From assembly GCA_943359345.1 (NCBI GenBank), contig CALRHE010000003.1, positions 82 to 64,081 on the forward strand: a stretch of 64,000 bases of DNA. Reading direction: 5' to 3'. Made by a program: the position numbers and the translations under genes. Positions 29,263 through 38,569 of this stretch are shown here, piece after piece; within the stretch, counting starts at the first letter, position 1; each line of letters opens with the position of its first letter. This stretch comes from Candidatus Uhrbacteria bacterium. GTDB taxonomy: Bacteria > Patescibacteriota > Patescibacteriia > UBA9934. The notes under the pieces were generated by a model. It was not told where the DNA came from, did no database searches, and was given only the letters and a program-made list of their open reading frames with translations.

Positions 29263-29496
29263 TTGCCAAAGATTTTTGGGGGTTATAATATACCCACACT
29301 AAATTTTATAGTTACGCGTATGCCCACACCGACGGCGACAGAACTTGAACTCAAAGTCCTAACTCCTGTTTCTTTTATGGACGACTCTGATTCAGATTCT
29401 GACAAGAGTGACGATGAGGAAGTTGATATGGATGAAGAGGGTGACGAAGATGAAGAAGACGATGAAGATGAGGATGAGGAAGACGAGGCTGAGTAG
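29263..29496 (+). CDS. Hypothetical protein with an extremely acidic D/E-rich C-terminal tail.
   Basis: ORF ending in DDSDSDSDKSDDEEVDMDEEGDEDEEDDEDEDEEDEAE. The start is uncertain, possibly the Met at 29320. Confidence 0.3.
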   Translation: MPKIFGGYNIPTLNFIVTRMPTPTATELELKVLTPVSFMDDSDSDSDKSDDEEVDMDEEGDEDEEDDEDEDEEDEAE

Positions 29497-29503
29497 CGGG
29501 ATT

Positions 29504-30478
29504 TTATTTTTGGGCCGCTGACATTTGAACGAGTACCTGTTTTAGCTGGTCGGCTGTCTGAGCTTTCATCAGGGCTTCTTTGAAAGGCTTGAAGTGTGCC
29601 TGACCTTTAAAATACCAGGACAGATGTTTGCGGAAGGTGTTCACGGCCGTCGGACCGTACTGTTCCAGATGAAGGTCTAGATGTCGGTGTACGACGCGCA
29701 TACGTTCCTCAAAGGCCACTGGTAAAACCGTTTGGCCAGCACCGAGTTCGCGAAACTGTTTAAAGATCCAGGGGTTGCCGAGCGCACCGCGCGCAATCAA
29801 AAGTCCATCGCAACCAGACACCTCAAGTGCTTTGGGCATGAGTTCAGATTTATGCACGTCACCGTTTGCGAGTACGGGAATGGAGACGGCCGCCTTGGCT
29901 CGTCGAATCATCTCCCAATCAGCTACACCTGAATAACCCTGGGCCTTGGTACGACCGTGAATGGTAAGCAGATCAGCCCCGGCGTCTTCCAGCACCTTGG
30001 CGAAGGTCAAACACTCAGTTGGGTCACTCCAGCCCAAACGAATTTTAATCGAGAGCGGAACGTCGATCACTGCCTTCATAGCTTTGACGATTTTGGTAGC
30101 TAGCTCAGGTTCACGCATCAGGGCAGCACCATTGAAGTTGTGCACGATTTTATATACTGGACAGCCCATGTTCACATCAAAGCCTTCGGGTTGGTGCTGC
30201 TCGGCAATAATCCTGGCAGCCTCGGCCATAACAGCAGGATCACTGCCAAAGATTTGCTGAACCAAGGGTCGCTCACCCGGATGGATATCGGTCATGTCCA
30301 GGGTTTTGTTATTGCCGCGTACCACGGCCTCAGACGACACCATTTCGCGGAACACGATGGGATATTCTGGCTCACCCGTGACTTCCTTCACCAAACGACA
30401 AAAAGCACTATCCGTCATGTCGGCCATGGGAGATAGGGCGATGATGGGATGGGGTAGAGATTTCCAGTCCAGTTTCAT
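29504..30478 (-). CDS. dus: tRNA-dihydrouridine synthase.
   Basis: TIM-barrel Dus signature (ALSPMADMTDSAFCRL ... catalytic Cys in MGCP) across 324 aa. Confidence 0.8.
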   Translation of the reverse strand: MKLDWKSLPHPIIALSPMADMTDSAFCRLVKEVTGEPEYPIVFREMVSSEAVVRGNNKTLDMTDIHPGERPLVQQIFGSDPAVMAEAARIIAEQHQPEGFDVNMGCPVYKIVHNFNGAALMREPELATKIVKAMKAVIDVPLSIKIRLGWSDPTECLTFAKVLEDAGADLLTIHGRTKAQGYSGVADWEMIRRAKAAVSIPVLANGDVHKSELMPKALEVSGCDGLLIARGALGNPWIFKQFRELGAGQTVLPVAFEERMRVVHRHLDLHLEQYGPTAVNTFRKHLSWYFKGQAHFKPFKEALMKAQTADQLKQVLVQMSAAQK

Positions 30479-30505
30479 AAGAAGAAGCAGAATACATTAA
30501 AGGAT

Positions 30506-30618
30506 CAGAAATTACAAAATTAGATATTAGCAGCTATTAGAGAAGTAGATATTAGACTCCTGATGGATTGGATCTAATTACTATTTTCTATTCTCTGCTA
30601 ATATCTAATTTTGTAATG
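30506..30618. repeat. Family-2 AT-rich palindromic element, copy 2.
   Basis: Left arm GAAATTACAAAATTAGATATTAGCAGCTATTAGAGAAG. The right arm is the reverse complement of CATTACAAAATTAGATATTAGCAGAGAATAGAAA. It sits in the divergent dus / RNase-J-like promoter region. Confidence 0.75.
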
Positions 30619-30663
30619 ACTAATCCTTCAAACTCCACACACCTTGCTATACTTGTATGTGTT

Positions 30664-32034
30664 ATGCGTTTGTCCTTCCATGGTGCCGTTGAAGAGGTGA
30701 CTGGATCATGTTTTTTAGTTGAAACAAAACGGGCTAAAGTTTTAATTGATGCTGGCATGAAGCAGGGTGAACGTATGTGCGTGACGCGCAGCCTGGATCC
30801 ATTTGGTTTTGATGTCACAGAGCTTGATGCTGTACTCGTCACCCATGCTCACTTTGATCATACCGGGCGCTTACCAGAACTCATCAAACTTGGTTATCGG
30901 GGCCCCATTTACATGACCGCTCCTACTAAGGCTCTAGTTGAGATTATTTTGGATGATGCCTTGAAAATCATGGCTGAAAACGCTGAACGCTGCGGTGACC
31001 CTACGCCTTACAGCGCGGATCACAAGCAGCTGGCTATGTCACTCATGCAGGGCCTGGGTTATCACACTGAATTTGAGGCCGCGCCCGGAATCAAGGTCAT
31101 GTTTCATGATGCTGGTCACATTCTGGGGTCATCTTTTGTGTCACTTGACCTTGAAGACTCGTTGACTGAAACAGGTAAACCCAAGCGGATAATTTTTAGC
31201 GGCGACATTGGTAACGATCACATTCCCATTTTGCCGGAGACCGAGTCTATCCATCAAGCTGATGTTGTAGTTTGTGAGTCGACTTATGGAGATTCAATTC
31301 ACGAACCGTCTGAGACCCGTACTTTGAGGCTGGCAGATTTTGCTAGCAAAGTTTTAAAGCGCGGGGGCACGCTGGTAATCCCAGCTTTTTCAATTGAACG
31401 TACTCAGGAACTTTTGCACGAGCTCGATATTATGCTGCTCGAGAAAAAACTTCCGGCTGTACCTATTTATCTAGATAGTCCGATGGCGATTAGAACGACT
31501 GAGGTTTATCGACACTTTAAACATTACTTGCATTTCGATCACCCCGTACTTGGACCTGACCAGGATTTTTTCTCATTTCCGTCTTTGCATGAAACCATGT
31601 CGACCGAGGAATCAAAGCAGATTAACCAAGATAAGCGGGCTAAGATTATTCTTGCCGGCAACGGCATGATGACCGGCGGACGAGTCCTGCATCATCTTAA
31701 ACATCACCTTGAGGATCCTTTAAGCGGGGTCCTGATTGTTGGCTACCAGGCGGCAGGAACGTTGGGACGTAGAATTTTTGATCGTGAAAAAACAGTGCGT
31801 ATTTACCGGGAAGAATATCAAGTCAGGGCCGAGGTTTTGGCTATTGGTGCTTTTTCAGCTCATGCTGACAAAGCTAAGCTGTTACGTTGGTTACACCCAG
31901 AGGAGGGTCAGGTGGCTAAAATCTTTTTGGTCCACGGCGATAATCCCGTGAAAGATGCCTTTGCAAAGTTTTTGAGTAAATCACTGTCGGCCGAGATTAT
32001 CATTCCGCGTTTATCGCAGACGTTTGAACTGTAA
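30664..32034 (+). CDS. Beta-CASP metallo-beta-lactamase-fold ribonuclease (RNase J / CPSF-like).
   Basis: HAHFDHTG (HxHxDH) plus beta-CASP motifs A (ESTYGD), B (SAHAD) and C (LVHGD). The start was set at MRLSFHG, downstream of the family-2 repeat. Confidence 0.75.
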   Translation: MRLSFHGAVEEVTGSCFLVETKRAKVLIDAGMKQGERMCVTRSLDPFGFDVTELDAVLVTHAHFDHTGRLPELIKLGYRGPIYMTAPTKALVEIILDDALKIMAENAERCGDPTPYSADHKQLAMSLMQGLGYHTEFEAAPGIKVMFHDAGHILGSSFVSLDLEDSLTETGKPKRIIFSGDIGNDHIPILPETESIHQADVVVCESTYGDSIHEPSETRTLRLADFASKVLKRGGTLVIPAFSIERTQELLHELDIMLLEKKLPAVPIYLDSPMAIRTTEVYRHFKHYLHFDHPVLGPDQDFFSFPSLHETMSTEESKQINQDKRAKIILAGNGMMTGGRVLHHLKHHLEDPLSGVLIVGYQAAGTLGRRIFDREKTVRIYREEYQVRAEVLAIGAFSAHADKAKLLRWLHPEEGQVAKIFLVHGDNPVKDAFAKFLSKSLSAEIIIPRLSQTFEL

Positions 32035-32052
32035 ACCAATACCTTTAAAAAT

Positions 32053-32084
32053 ATCAGGACGGATGGAGACGGATATGGACAGAG
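32053..32084. repeat. Family-1 half-element (ATCAGGACGGATGGAGACGGATATGGACAGAG) with no inverted partner.
   Basis: It shares the ATCAGGACGGATRGAGACGGATA core with 5604-5630 and 36470-36498. It is followed by a 7-bp hairpin (CAGACCC/GGGTCTG) between convergent genes. Confidence 0.55.
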
Positions 32085-32107
32085 TTTTCCAGACCCTTCA
32101 TATACAT

Positions 32108-32722
32108 TCAGGGTCTGAGACCAGTCCACTCGTAAAAACTTTTCGCAGCGGAGGTTGAGGGATCGAAGGAATTTGTCGAGATCAACGAGCCATCAAAAGT
32201 GTTGAATCGAGAAGTGAGCGAGGCCGTCGGCGTGAAGGCCGGGGTTTTTATTTTACAAGCGTCAGTAGCTAGGGGAGTGACATCAAGCTCATCACGCCAA
32301 CTGTAATGCACAAACTCACAAGCCGAGCCCTTAACTTGAGCAATTAGATTCCGAGCTTTGATGCTCGCTAAGCCATCTACAATCACTCGACCTTGAATTA
32401 GTTCGAGTTGAGTTTCGGTCTGGGCGGCAGGATTACGGTAATAACTTAAGCGCAGCTGCGTATTTTGGTCTAGATATAGATGCGTGCCATCGCAGAGTTC
32501 ATATTCGGCGTAATCATCTGCGCTCGTTGACATGATCTGGCCGCGTCCGACGACGGTGTCTCCGTAGACCAGTGTTGCCTGACATGGCTCGATACCACCA
32601 GAACCACCGGCCCAACGGGCGTCTAAACGTTGACCAACGAGAAGAACGCCAACCGTAATCACGATGAGCACGAGCAAAAAGATTAGGCTAACATTTCGCA
32701 TATTCACAGGCGAGTATGCCAT
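32108..32722 (-). CDS. Hypothetical N-terminally membrane-anchored protein.
   Basis: An N-terminal TM helix (VSLIFLLVLIVITVGVLLV) followed by an extracytoplasmic domain. No motif was recognised. Confidence 0.5.
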   Translation of the reverse strand: MAYSPVNMRNVSLIFLLVLIVITVGVLLVGQRLDARWAGGSGGIEPCQATLVYGDTVVGRGQIMSTSADDYAEYELCDGTHLYLDQNTQLRLSYYRNPAAQTETQLELIQGRVIVDGLASIKARNLIAQVKGSACEFVHYSWRDELDVTPLATDACKIKTPAFTPTASLTSRFNTFDGSLISTNSFDPSTSAAKSFYEWTGLRP

Positions 32723-32811
32723 TACGTTCTCAAAACTCCAAGCTATTCAGATAACGTTTTACGACGCAACTGTATCGGATAAATCAAAGCTAATGGTAAA
32801 CTACAACTTAT

Positions 32812-33078
32812 ATGGCCTTACTTGAGTTCTACGGAGACACCTGCCCACATTGCATTACCATGAAGCCCTTGGTGGCAAAAGTAGAGAAAAAACTTGGAGT
32901 AACCTTTGAAAAGATCGAAGTATGGAACAATGAAGACAACGCTAAGCGTTTGTCAGAAATAGATAAAGGTTTGTGCGGTGGAGTGCCGTTCTTCTTTAAT
33001 ACTGAATCCAAACATTACATTTGTGGTTCGTGTGATGAAGCAGCGCTAAAGGCCTTGGTAGACGGCAGAAGGCCGTGA
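32812..33078 (+). CDS. Thioredoxin/glutaredoxin-like small redox protein.
   Basis: 88 aa with a CPHC (CxxC) active site near the N-terminus. Confidence 0.65.
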   Translation: MALLEFYGDTCPHCITMKPLVAKVEKKLGVTFEKIEVWNNEDNAKRLSEIDKGLCGGVPFFFNTESKHYICGSCDEAALKALVDGRRP

Positions 33079-33980
33079 GTATGAGAAAGTCGATGTTGGG
33101 ATTATCCTTGGCCACGGTGTTAACGCTGGGCGCGGGATGCACTATGCCACAACTGCCGGTATTTTCATTTTTGCCAAAAACTCTCCCGGCCACCGATATC
33201 AACCTGAGTGAGCATGCGAGCATCCAGCTGGAACAAACTGCTATCAATCCGCTTGAACGTCTGAGTAAGCAGCCACAGAGGTTGCTGGATATTCAAGACT
33301 GGGTAGCGGGTGATCGAGTCACCTTCAGCTGGTCGGAAACTTATGAGCGCGAGACGGCGGCCTCGATCGAAGCCCGCTCGGCGGCAGAGCGAGCAACTCC
33401 AGTGGGACAAGAGGCCAATGTTCCTGAGCCTGTGTACGAAACAATTTCGCTGGCGGGTTCGCTTAAGACCCAAGCTCTTGATGACGGTCAGCGCATTCTG
33501 TTGCCGTCTGAGTGGCCCGCGACCGATCACGACCTAACTAGCGAACCGAATACCCTCATCTGGCTCTCCAGGGCTCAGTATGACGAGCTTAGTTCCACCC
33601 GACACACACATTTATCCATCGGTGTGCTTGATGCTGGTTTACAGACAGTCGCGAGTGCAGCTGGGGCTATTCAGGAGTTGATAGCAAAAATTTCTGGCAG
33701 TGACGGTGCCGATTCTGTAGCCGAGCAAGACGTCACCGAGATCGTAGCCGACGCTGAATGGGGGACATACACGCTGATGTATCAGGGCGAAAAAGTGAAA
33801 GTTCAAACTCTTGAGGCTGAAAATAAATTCGCTAGCTATGTCATTTTAGCTAATCCTGAAAATCCCTTAATTCTTGAGGTCGAGCTTAAGTCCTGGGCTT
33901 ACGGGACTGAGGCGCTGGGGCTGATTAGCGAGGACCTCCAAGTGGCCGGTTATTCAGTAAGCAGTATAGCGATACCTTAA
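33075..33980 (+). CDS. Hypothetical lipoprotein.
   Basis: Signal peptide with an LTLGAGC lipobox. Confidence 0.5.
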   Translation: MSMRKSMLGLSLATVLTLGAGCTMPQLPVFSFLPKTLPATDINLSEHASIQLEQTAINPLERLSKQPQRLLDIQDWVAGDRVTFSWSETYERETAASIEARSAAERATPVGQEANVPEPVYETISLAGSLKTQALDDGQRILLPSEWPATDHDLTSEPNTLIWLSRAQYDELSSTRHTHLSIGVLDAGLQTVASAAGAIQELIAKISGSDGADSVAEQDVTEIVADAEWGTYTLMYQGEKVKVQTLEAENKFASYVILANPENPLILEVELKSWAYGTEALGLISEDLQVAGYSVSSIAIP

Positions 33981-33988
33981 AACAGTTA

Positions 33989-34072
33989 AACCATCCTGAG
34001 GCGAATGCCGAAGGATCCGTGACCGAGGCTTTTCAGCCGCGGGGACCCAACCCTTCGTCTAACTCAGGGTGG
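33989..34072. repeat. Family-3 hairpin element, copy B.
   Basis: AACCATCCTGAGGCGAATGCCGAAGGATCCGTGACCGAGGC ... CCCTTCGTCTAACTCAGGGTGG. The arms pair (CCATCCTGAG with CTCAGGGTGG, CGAAGG with CCTTCG). It lies between convergent genes. Confidence 0.7.
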
Positions 34073-34083
34073 TAATTTCGAGC

Positions 34084-34935
34084 TTACTCAAACTTGCCGA
34101 GCCAGTGCGGGTCGGTTTTAACCTCTAGCTCTAGGTAATATTTACGATTGGTAACGGCCTCGAGTTCATTGCGTACGGATTGACCAATTTCTTTGATGCC
34201 TTGTCCACCGCGACCGATGATCATAGGCTTATAACGTTCGGCGTTGGTATAGATGGTGGCTTTAACGTAGACGAGATTTTCGCTGCGCGGTTCGATGGCT
34301 TCGACTTCGACGTGGGTGGTGTAGGGGACCTCTTCGCGGAGGCGCAGGAATAGCTTTTCTCGGATCAGCTCGGCTAGCCAGGTTTCATTGGTTAGGTTTG
34401 TAAATTGGAACTCCGGGTACATCGGTTCGCCCTCAGGCAGCTGTTCAAAAATCCACGCTTCGACAAGATCAGTATTTTTTGCGGTCAGTGCCGATACTTC
34501 AACGTAGTTATCGAACTGATCCTTGAGGTCGCGGTAATAATCGATGTAGTTGCGCGCAGCTTTGTCGTCAATCATGTTGATAACAAGCAACTTGGGTTTA
34601 TCTACACCCTCGATCATTTTTAAAGCTTGTTTTTCCTCGTCGCCCAGGGCGCGAGTAGGGTCAGCCACATAGATAACAGCGTCGACGCCGTGGAGCGACT
34701 CCTTGGCGTAGGCCAGGAGTTTTTGAGTCAAGGGATCCTTGGCCTTTTGCATGATGCCAGGGGTGTCGATGACAACGGCTTGACCCTCTGGTCTGGAAAT
34801 AATTCCAGAAATTGGTAAACGGGTAGTTTGCGGTTTAGGGGTAGTGATAGCGACTTTGGAGCCGACAAGAGTATTTAAAAGTGTCGATTTTCCAACGTTT
34901 GAGCGTCCAATAATAGTGACTAGCCCTGATTTCAT
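34084..34935 (-). CDS. era: GTPase Era.
   Basis: G1 GRSNVGKST, G3 DTPG, G4 NMID/NKID-type motifs and a C-terminal KH domain. Confidence 0.85.
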   Translation of the reverse strand: MKSGLVTIIGRSNVGKSTLLNTLVGSKVAITTPKPQTTRLPISGIISRPEGQAVVIDTPGIMQKAKDPLTQKLLAYAKESLHGVDAVIYVADPTRALGDEEKQALKMIEGVDKPKLLVINMIDDKAARNYIDYYRDLKDQFDNYVEVSALTAKNTDLVEAWIFEQLPEGEPMYPEFQFTNLTNETWLAELIREKLFLRLREEVPYTTHVEVEAIEPRSENLVYVKATIYTNAERYKPMIIGRGGQGIKEIGQSVRNELEAVTNRKYYLELEVKTDPHWLGKFE

Positions 34936-35006
34936 ATGAGGTGATCGAGGTGGTTAAGCTCTAAGCTTAGCAAGATTTAGCAATTAGCGCAAACCTGCCT
35001 GGCCTT

Positions 35007-35300
35007 GACCCGGGCTTAATTTTGTGCTATTTTAGGGCTGTTGCTGAACTCCATCAGCAACCGAGGCCTGAGGAGAGGCGCAAGTCTCTCTATCAATCGC
35101 TCCTCAAAGGGCGGTGAACGTGTAACTCACACGTCAAAAACAGGCTTGTTAAAACCCGAGGAGTTAGTGCTGGACACCAGTCAGCATCCAGTGCGCAAAA
35201 CCCGAGCTGACACCGTCGGCCAGAAATGGCCAGCCCCGAAATTTCCGAGCAGTGCGCCTTCTGGCAATCTGAACGGAGACGTAGGGGCTTTTTCTTTTCT
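35007..35300 (+). ncRNA. Candidate structured non-coding RNA of unknown identity.
   Basis: TTGACC-17-TATTTT promoter-like hexamers at about 35007-35035. Downstream are serial hairpins: GUUGCUGA/UCAGCAAC, ACGUGU/ACACGU and a GGCCA-GAAA-UGGCC GNRA-capped stem, ending in U-rich CUUUUUCUUUUC. No coding potential was recognised. The orientation is not certain. Confidence 0.3.
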
Positions 35301-36447
35301 ATACTTTTTTGACGAGTGCAGTGACTAGCTCTACATGCGGTGTGTGGGGGAACATGTCTATGGCGCGAATATGCTCGACATCATAATATTTTCCGAGTTC
35401 CACCATTTCCCGTGCGAAGTTTTTATAGTTACAGGATACGTAAACGATGCGTGATGGTAGGGCAGCGATGACATCACGCAGAGCTTTGTCGTGCATGCCG
35501 GCACGTGGCGGGTCGAGAATTACCACATCAGCTCCAATTTCCATCCAGTTGTAGTCTTCGGTTTTGGCGTCATGGAAATCGATTGTGACACCATTCAGCT
35601 CAGCGTTTAAGCGAGCGTCTTTGATAGCTTCGGGCACAAGCTCGACGCCGAGAGTTTGCTTAGCATCATTGGCCATTGAGATAGCGAAGAAGCCTGTACC
35701 GCAGTAAAGGTCGAGCAAGGTTTTGTCGGTTAGGTCGCCCGCAAACTCACGGATAGTATCCTGCAAGTAGACAGCTCCAGTTGGATTGGTTTGAAAGAAA
35801 GCGTTTGGTGAAATACGATATTTGTAACCGCCGATGTGTTCTTCGATAGCCCCAGGGCCGTATAAAACTCGCAGCTCATCCCCAATTGAGACATCGGAGA
35901 TGGTGTGGTTAAGCGACCAAACAAGGGTCGTGGGGCCAGCCAGATCGTTGAGTTTCTCGAAAGCTAGTTTAGCGGCGGCTTCTTCGTCAGCATCTTTCGG
36001 CGTGCTGGTCACGATCGTTAACATCGTTTGTCCAAGTGTGGTTGATCGGATGACCGCGTAACGCAAGAAACCGATATTGGCTTTACGATCGTAAAAACTC
36101 AGACCAGCATTTTTAGCCCAGTCACGAGCAGCCGTATATAGAGTATCGATCTGTTCGTCGGCGAGAAAACAAGAGTGATCGTCAATCACGCGCCACCATT
36201 TGCCCTTTTCACGTAGCCCGACGGCACCCTGCCAGTCGATCACAAAGTCCATGCGATTGCGGTAGTGCTCGGTTTTAGGTGCGGGAATAATTTCCTCGAC
36301 TCGGAGGTCGAGTTTTTTGATTTTAAACGAACCGTTAATATCGGAGAGTTTTTGCTGGAGTTGTTTCTGATAGGGAATGTGTGACCAGCCACATGAACCG
36401 CAGACATCAGGTTTGGGGCAAAGCGTTTGCATATTTGAACATTCCAA
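35299..36447 (-). CDS. rlmD: 23S rRNA (uracil-5)-methyltransferase, RlmD/RumA family.
   Basis: N-terminal Cys cluster (CPKPDVCGSCGWS), a SAM site LDLYCGTGFF and a DPPRAG motif. Confidence 0.75.
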   Translation of the reverse strand: MECSNMQTLCPKPDVCGSCGWSHIPYQKQLQQKLSDINGSFKIKKLDLRVEEIIPAPKTEHYRNRMDFVIDWQGAVGLREKGKWWRVIDDHSCFLADEQIDTLYTAARDWAKNAGLSFYDRKANIGFLRYAVIRSTTLGQTMLTIVTSTPKDADEEAAAKLAFEKLNDLAGPTTLVWSLNHTISDVSIGDELRVLYGPGAIEEHIGGYKYRISPNAFFQTNPTGAVYLQDTIREFAGDLTDKTLLDLYCGTGFFAISMANDAKQTLGVELVPEAIKDARLNAELNGVTIDFHDAKTEDYNWMEIGADVVILDPPRAGMHDKALRDVIAALPSRIVYVSCNYKNFAREMVELGKYYDVEHIRAIDMFPHTPHVELVTALVKKV

Positions 36448-36464
36448 CCCAATTTAAATAAACT

Positions 36465-36570
36465 GATTGGGACAGATGGAGACGGATTGGGACGGATGCC
36501 AGACGATGTGGGATAGTGTGACTCGGGCTTATTTTACATCCGTTCATATCCGTCTCCATCTGTTCTTATG
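36465..36570. repeat. Family-1 palindromic element (second full copy).
   Basis: ACAGATGGAGACGGAT (36472-36487) is the exact reverse complement of 36549-36564, and an ACGGATG/CATCCGT extension follows. It sits in the divergent rlmD / trmH-like intergenic region. Confidence 0.7.
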
Positions 36571-36645
36571 GCAGCCTCGGTAGAGTTGGTTTGGTGGTTA
36601 TACCTGAGTACTCGGTAATTGTAAAAATAACCTAAATAAGTTATC

Positions 36646-37095
36646 ATGGCTGCCGTCATGATAGTGATCGCACACAACATTCGCAGTTTGCATAACGTGG
36701 GTTCGATTTTTAGAAATGCGGCCGCTTTTGGCGTTGAGAAACTCTACTTGACTGGCTTTACGGCCACTCCTCCTAGGCAAGAGATCGCTAAAGTGTCTTT
36801 GGGTGCAGAAGATCTTGTTCCCTGGGAAGCTGGTATGATTGATGAAGTGATCGCGAGCCTTAAGGCTGATGGATATACAGTCTTTGGGCTTGAAACCGGT
36901 AGCGATGCTCAAGACATAGCTACGGTTGCCAATCACAAGCTTGCACTTGTACTCGGAAACGAGGTAGCCGGCATAGATCAGTCGACCTTAGCATTACTTG
37001 ATGGCAAGCTTGAGATTCTCATGCACAAGAAACGATCGCTCAATGTTTCAGTTGCTAGTGGCGTAGCGATGCATGTACTTAGTGGGCGGTCATAG
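36646..37095 (+). CDS. SpoU/TrmH-family RNA 2'-O-methyltransferase.
   Basis: SPOUT motifs VLGNEVAGI and SLNVSVASG. Its 3' end overlaps the tRNA-Arg 5' end by 10 nt. Confidence 0.7.
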   Translation: MAAVMIVIAHNIRSLHNVGSIFRNAAAFGVEKLYLTGFTATPPRQEIAKVSLGAEDLVPWEAGMIDEVIASLKADGYTVFGLETGSDAQDIATVANHKLALVLGNEVAGIDQSTLALLDGKLEILMHKKRSLNVSVASGVAMHVLSGRS

Positions 37096-37159
37096 CTCAG
37101 CTGGATAGAGCGTCTCCCTCCGAAGGAGAAGGCCGGACGTTCGAATCGTCCTGATCGCA
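37086..37159 (+). tRNA. tRNA-Arg (anticodon CCG). No CCA is encoded.
   Basis: Manual fold. Acceptor GCGGTCA/TGATCGC (one G:U pair), D-stem GCTC/GAGC, anticodon stem TCTCC/GGAGA, loop CT-CCG-AA, T-arm GGACG-TTCGAAT-CGTCC and discriminator A. Confidence 0.85.
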
Positions 37160-37169
37160 CAGTGCGTAT

Positions 37170-37931
37170 ATGCAAAATCATACTTCAACAGTTTCAATCG
37201 TTATTCCAGCCAAGAATGAAGAACGGTATTTGCCGAGGCTGCTTAAGGATCTACATCAGCAAACCCACGTTCCCGAGCAGATCATTTTAGCCGACGCTCA
37301 GTCGACTGACAGAACCAGAGAGATTGGTGCCGAGCATGGTTGCCTCATTGTTGAGGGTGATATGCCGGGCCCTGGTCGCAATGCCGGAGCCAAAATTGCC
37401 ACCGGCGAGATTCTTTTGTTCTTAGATGCCGATGTGCAAATTCGCAATCGATTTTTTATTGAAGCCGCACTTGAGGAGTTTAATAAACAACACTTCGACT
37501 TGGCAGCGCCTGACATTCATCTGATCGGCGGTAACCGAGCAGATAAATTTGGTCATGATTTTTATAATTTTTACGTACGCCTGTGGGGTGCCAGATGGCC
37601 ACATGCTCCGGGATTTTGTACGTTTATTCGTCGGAGTCTGTTTGAGCAAATCGGTGGGTTCGATCCGTCGGTAATCTTATGTGAAGACCATGAATTGGCT
37701 CAGCGAGCCAGAAAACACGGTAAATTTGGGATCCTAGAGAGTGTTAGTATCGGGGTCACGGATAGACGCTTGCGGCGCGACGGCGGTTTAGTGGTGGCTG
37801 CAAAATATGTGTTAGCTGAGCTGCACATGTTGATTCTGGGCCCAATTCGGCACAACGCTTTTCATTATGATTTTGGATACGATCTAGATAAAGATGGGGT
37901 TAAGGGGGTTGATGAGGTTGATGGTGTATAG
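37170..37931 (+). CDS. Family-2 glycosyltransferase.
   Basis: VSIVIPAKNEE ... ILADAQSTDRT ... LFLDADV (DxD), the GT-A fold signature. Confidence 0.7.
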   Translation: MQNHTSTVSIVIPAKNEERYLPRLLKDLHQQTHVPEQIILADAQSTDRTREIGAEHGCLIVEGDMPGPGRNAGAKIATGEILLFLDADVQIRNRFFIEAALEEFNKQHFDLAAPDIHLIGGNRADKFGHDFYNFYVRLWGARWPHAPGFCTFIRRSLFEQIGGFDPSVILCEDHELAQRARKHGKFGILESVSIGVTDRRLRRDGGLVVAAKYVLAELHMLILGPIRHNAFHYDFGYDLDKDGVKGVDEVDGV

Positions 37932-37932
37932 G

Positions 37933-37965
37933 CACCCCTCAACTCCCTCAACCCCATAAACCCCG
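37933..37965 (+). repeat. C-rich intercistronic motif (CACCCCTCAACTCCCTCAACCCCATAAACCCCG).
   Basis: It follows the GT2 stop directly and belongs to the same TCAACCCC class. Confidence 0.55.
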
Positions 37966-37985
37966 TCGTGTTACAATTACACGGT

Positions 37986-38567
37986 ATGGCTCGCCCCATT
38001 CCGGTTGAGATTATTCCCTCACATGTGCATTTGTCCGAGGCTGATCACTCGCTGCTTTTTGGTCCAGGACATGCCGGGACCATAGCCACCAACTTGTCGC
38101 AATCTGGACAATACGTGTATGCCGAGAGCGTCGAGGTTTTTGGTAAATTAAAACGCGGTCTCGAACTCCGGGTGCTCGGCCCATATCGGCGTACCACCCA
38201 GGTGGAGTTAACACCTACAGAAGCCTTGTACTTGGGAATTTCCGCCCCGCTTGCACGTTCAGGCGATTTAAAACAGGCAGGTGACTGCAGATTGAATGGT
38301 CCTGGTGGGGAAATCAAAGCTGAAGCCGTAGTGATTGTTCCCAAACCTCACCTACACTTATCTGATGTTGAGGCCAAGGCCTTGCGGCTTGAGAATGGCA
38401 AAACTGTTAGTTTAGATATTCTGGGTGATACCGAGCGGATGCTTGAAGATGTGGTGGTCAGAGTCCACCCTACTTATAGGCTGCGTTTACATGTGCATCC
38501 TGATCTGGCGCGACAATTTTGGTTAACCGGAGTTGTACATGCGCGCCTACGTGAAATGAACACCTGA
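37986..38567 (+). CDS. PduL-type phosphotransacylase (phosphate acetyl/propanoyl-transferase).
   Basis: Two repeated PduL half-domains: VEIIPSHVHLSEADHSLLFG and VIVPKPHLHLSDVEAKALRL (the ...HxH...LfG repeats). Confidence 0.6.
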   Translation: MARPIPVEIIPSHVHLSEADHSLLFGPGHAGTIATNLSQSGQYVYAESVEVFGKLKRGLELRVLGPYRRTTQVELTPTEALYLGISAPLARSGDLKQAGDCRLNGPGGEIKAEAVVIVPKPHLHLSDVEAKALRLENGKTVSLDILGDTERMLEDVVVRVHPTYRLRLHVHPDLARQFWLTGVVHARLREMNT

Positions 38568-38569
38568 AT

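Noticed and set aside
35007-35300. Identification of the structured intergenic RNA as SRP RNA, RNase P RNA, tmRNA or 6S RNA.
   Set aside because: Hallmark motifs are not present by eye. Missing are the GGAAGCAGCC of SRP domain IV, GGAAAGUCCGG of RNase P P4, and a tRNA-like end with a tag ORF for tmRNA. It is kept only as an unclassified ncRNA candidate.
35041-35328. 95-aa plus-strand ORF in the era-rlmD intergenic region.
   Set aside because: The translation is low-complexity, it lies within a hairpin-rich putative ncRNA region, and it has no SD.
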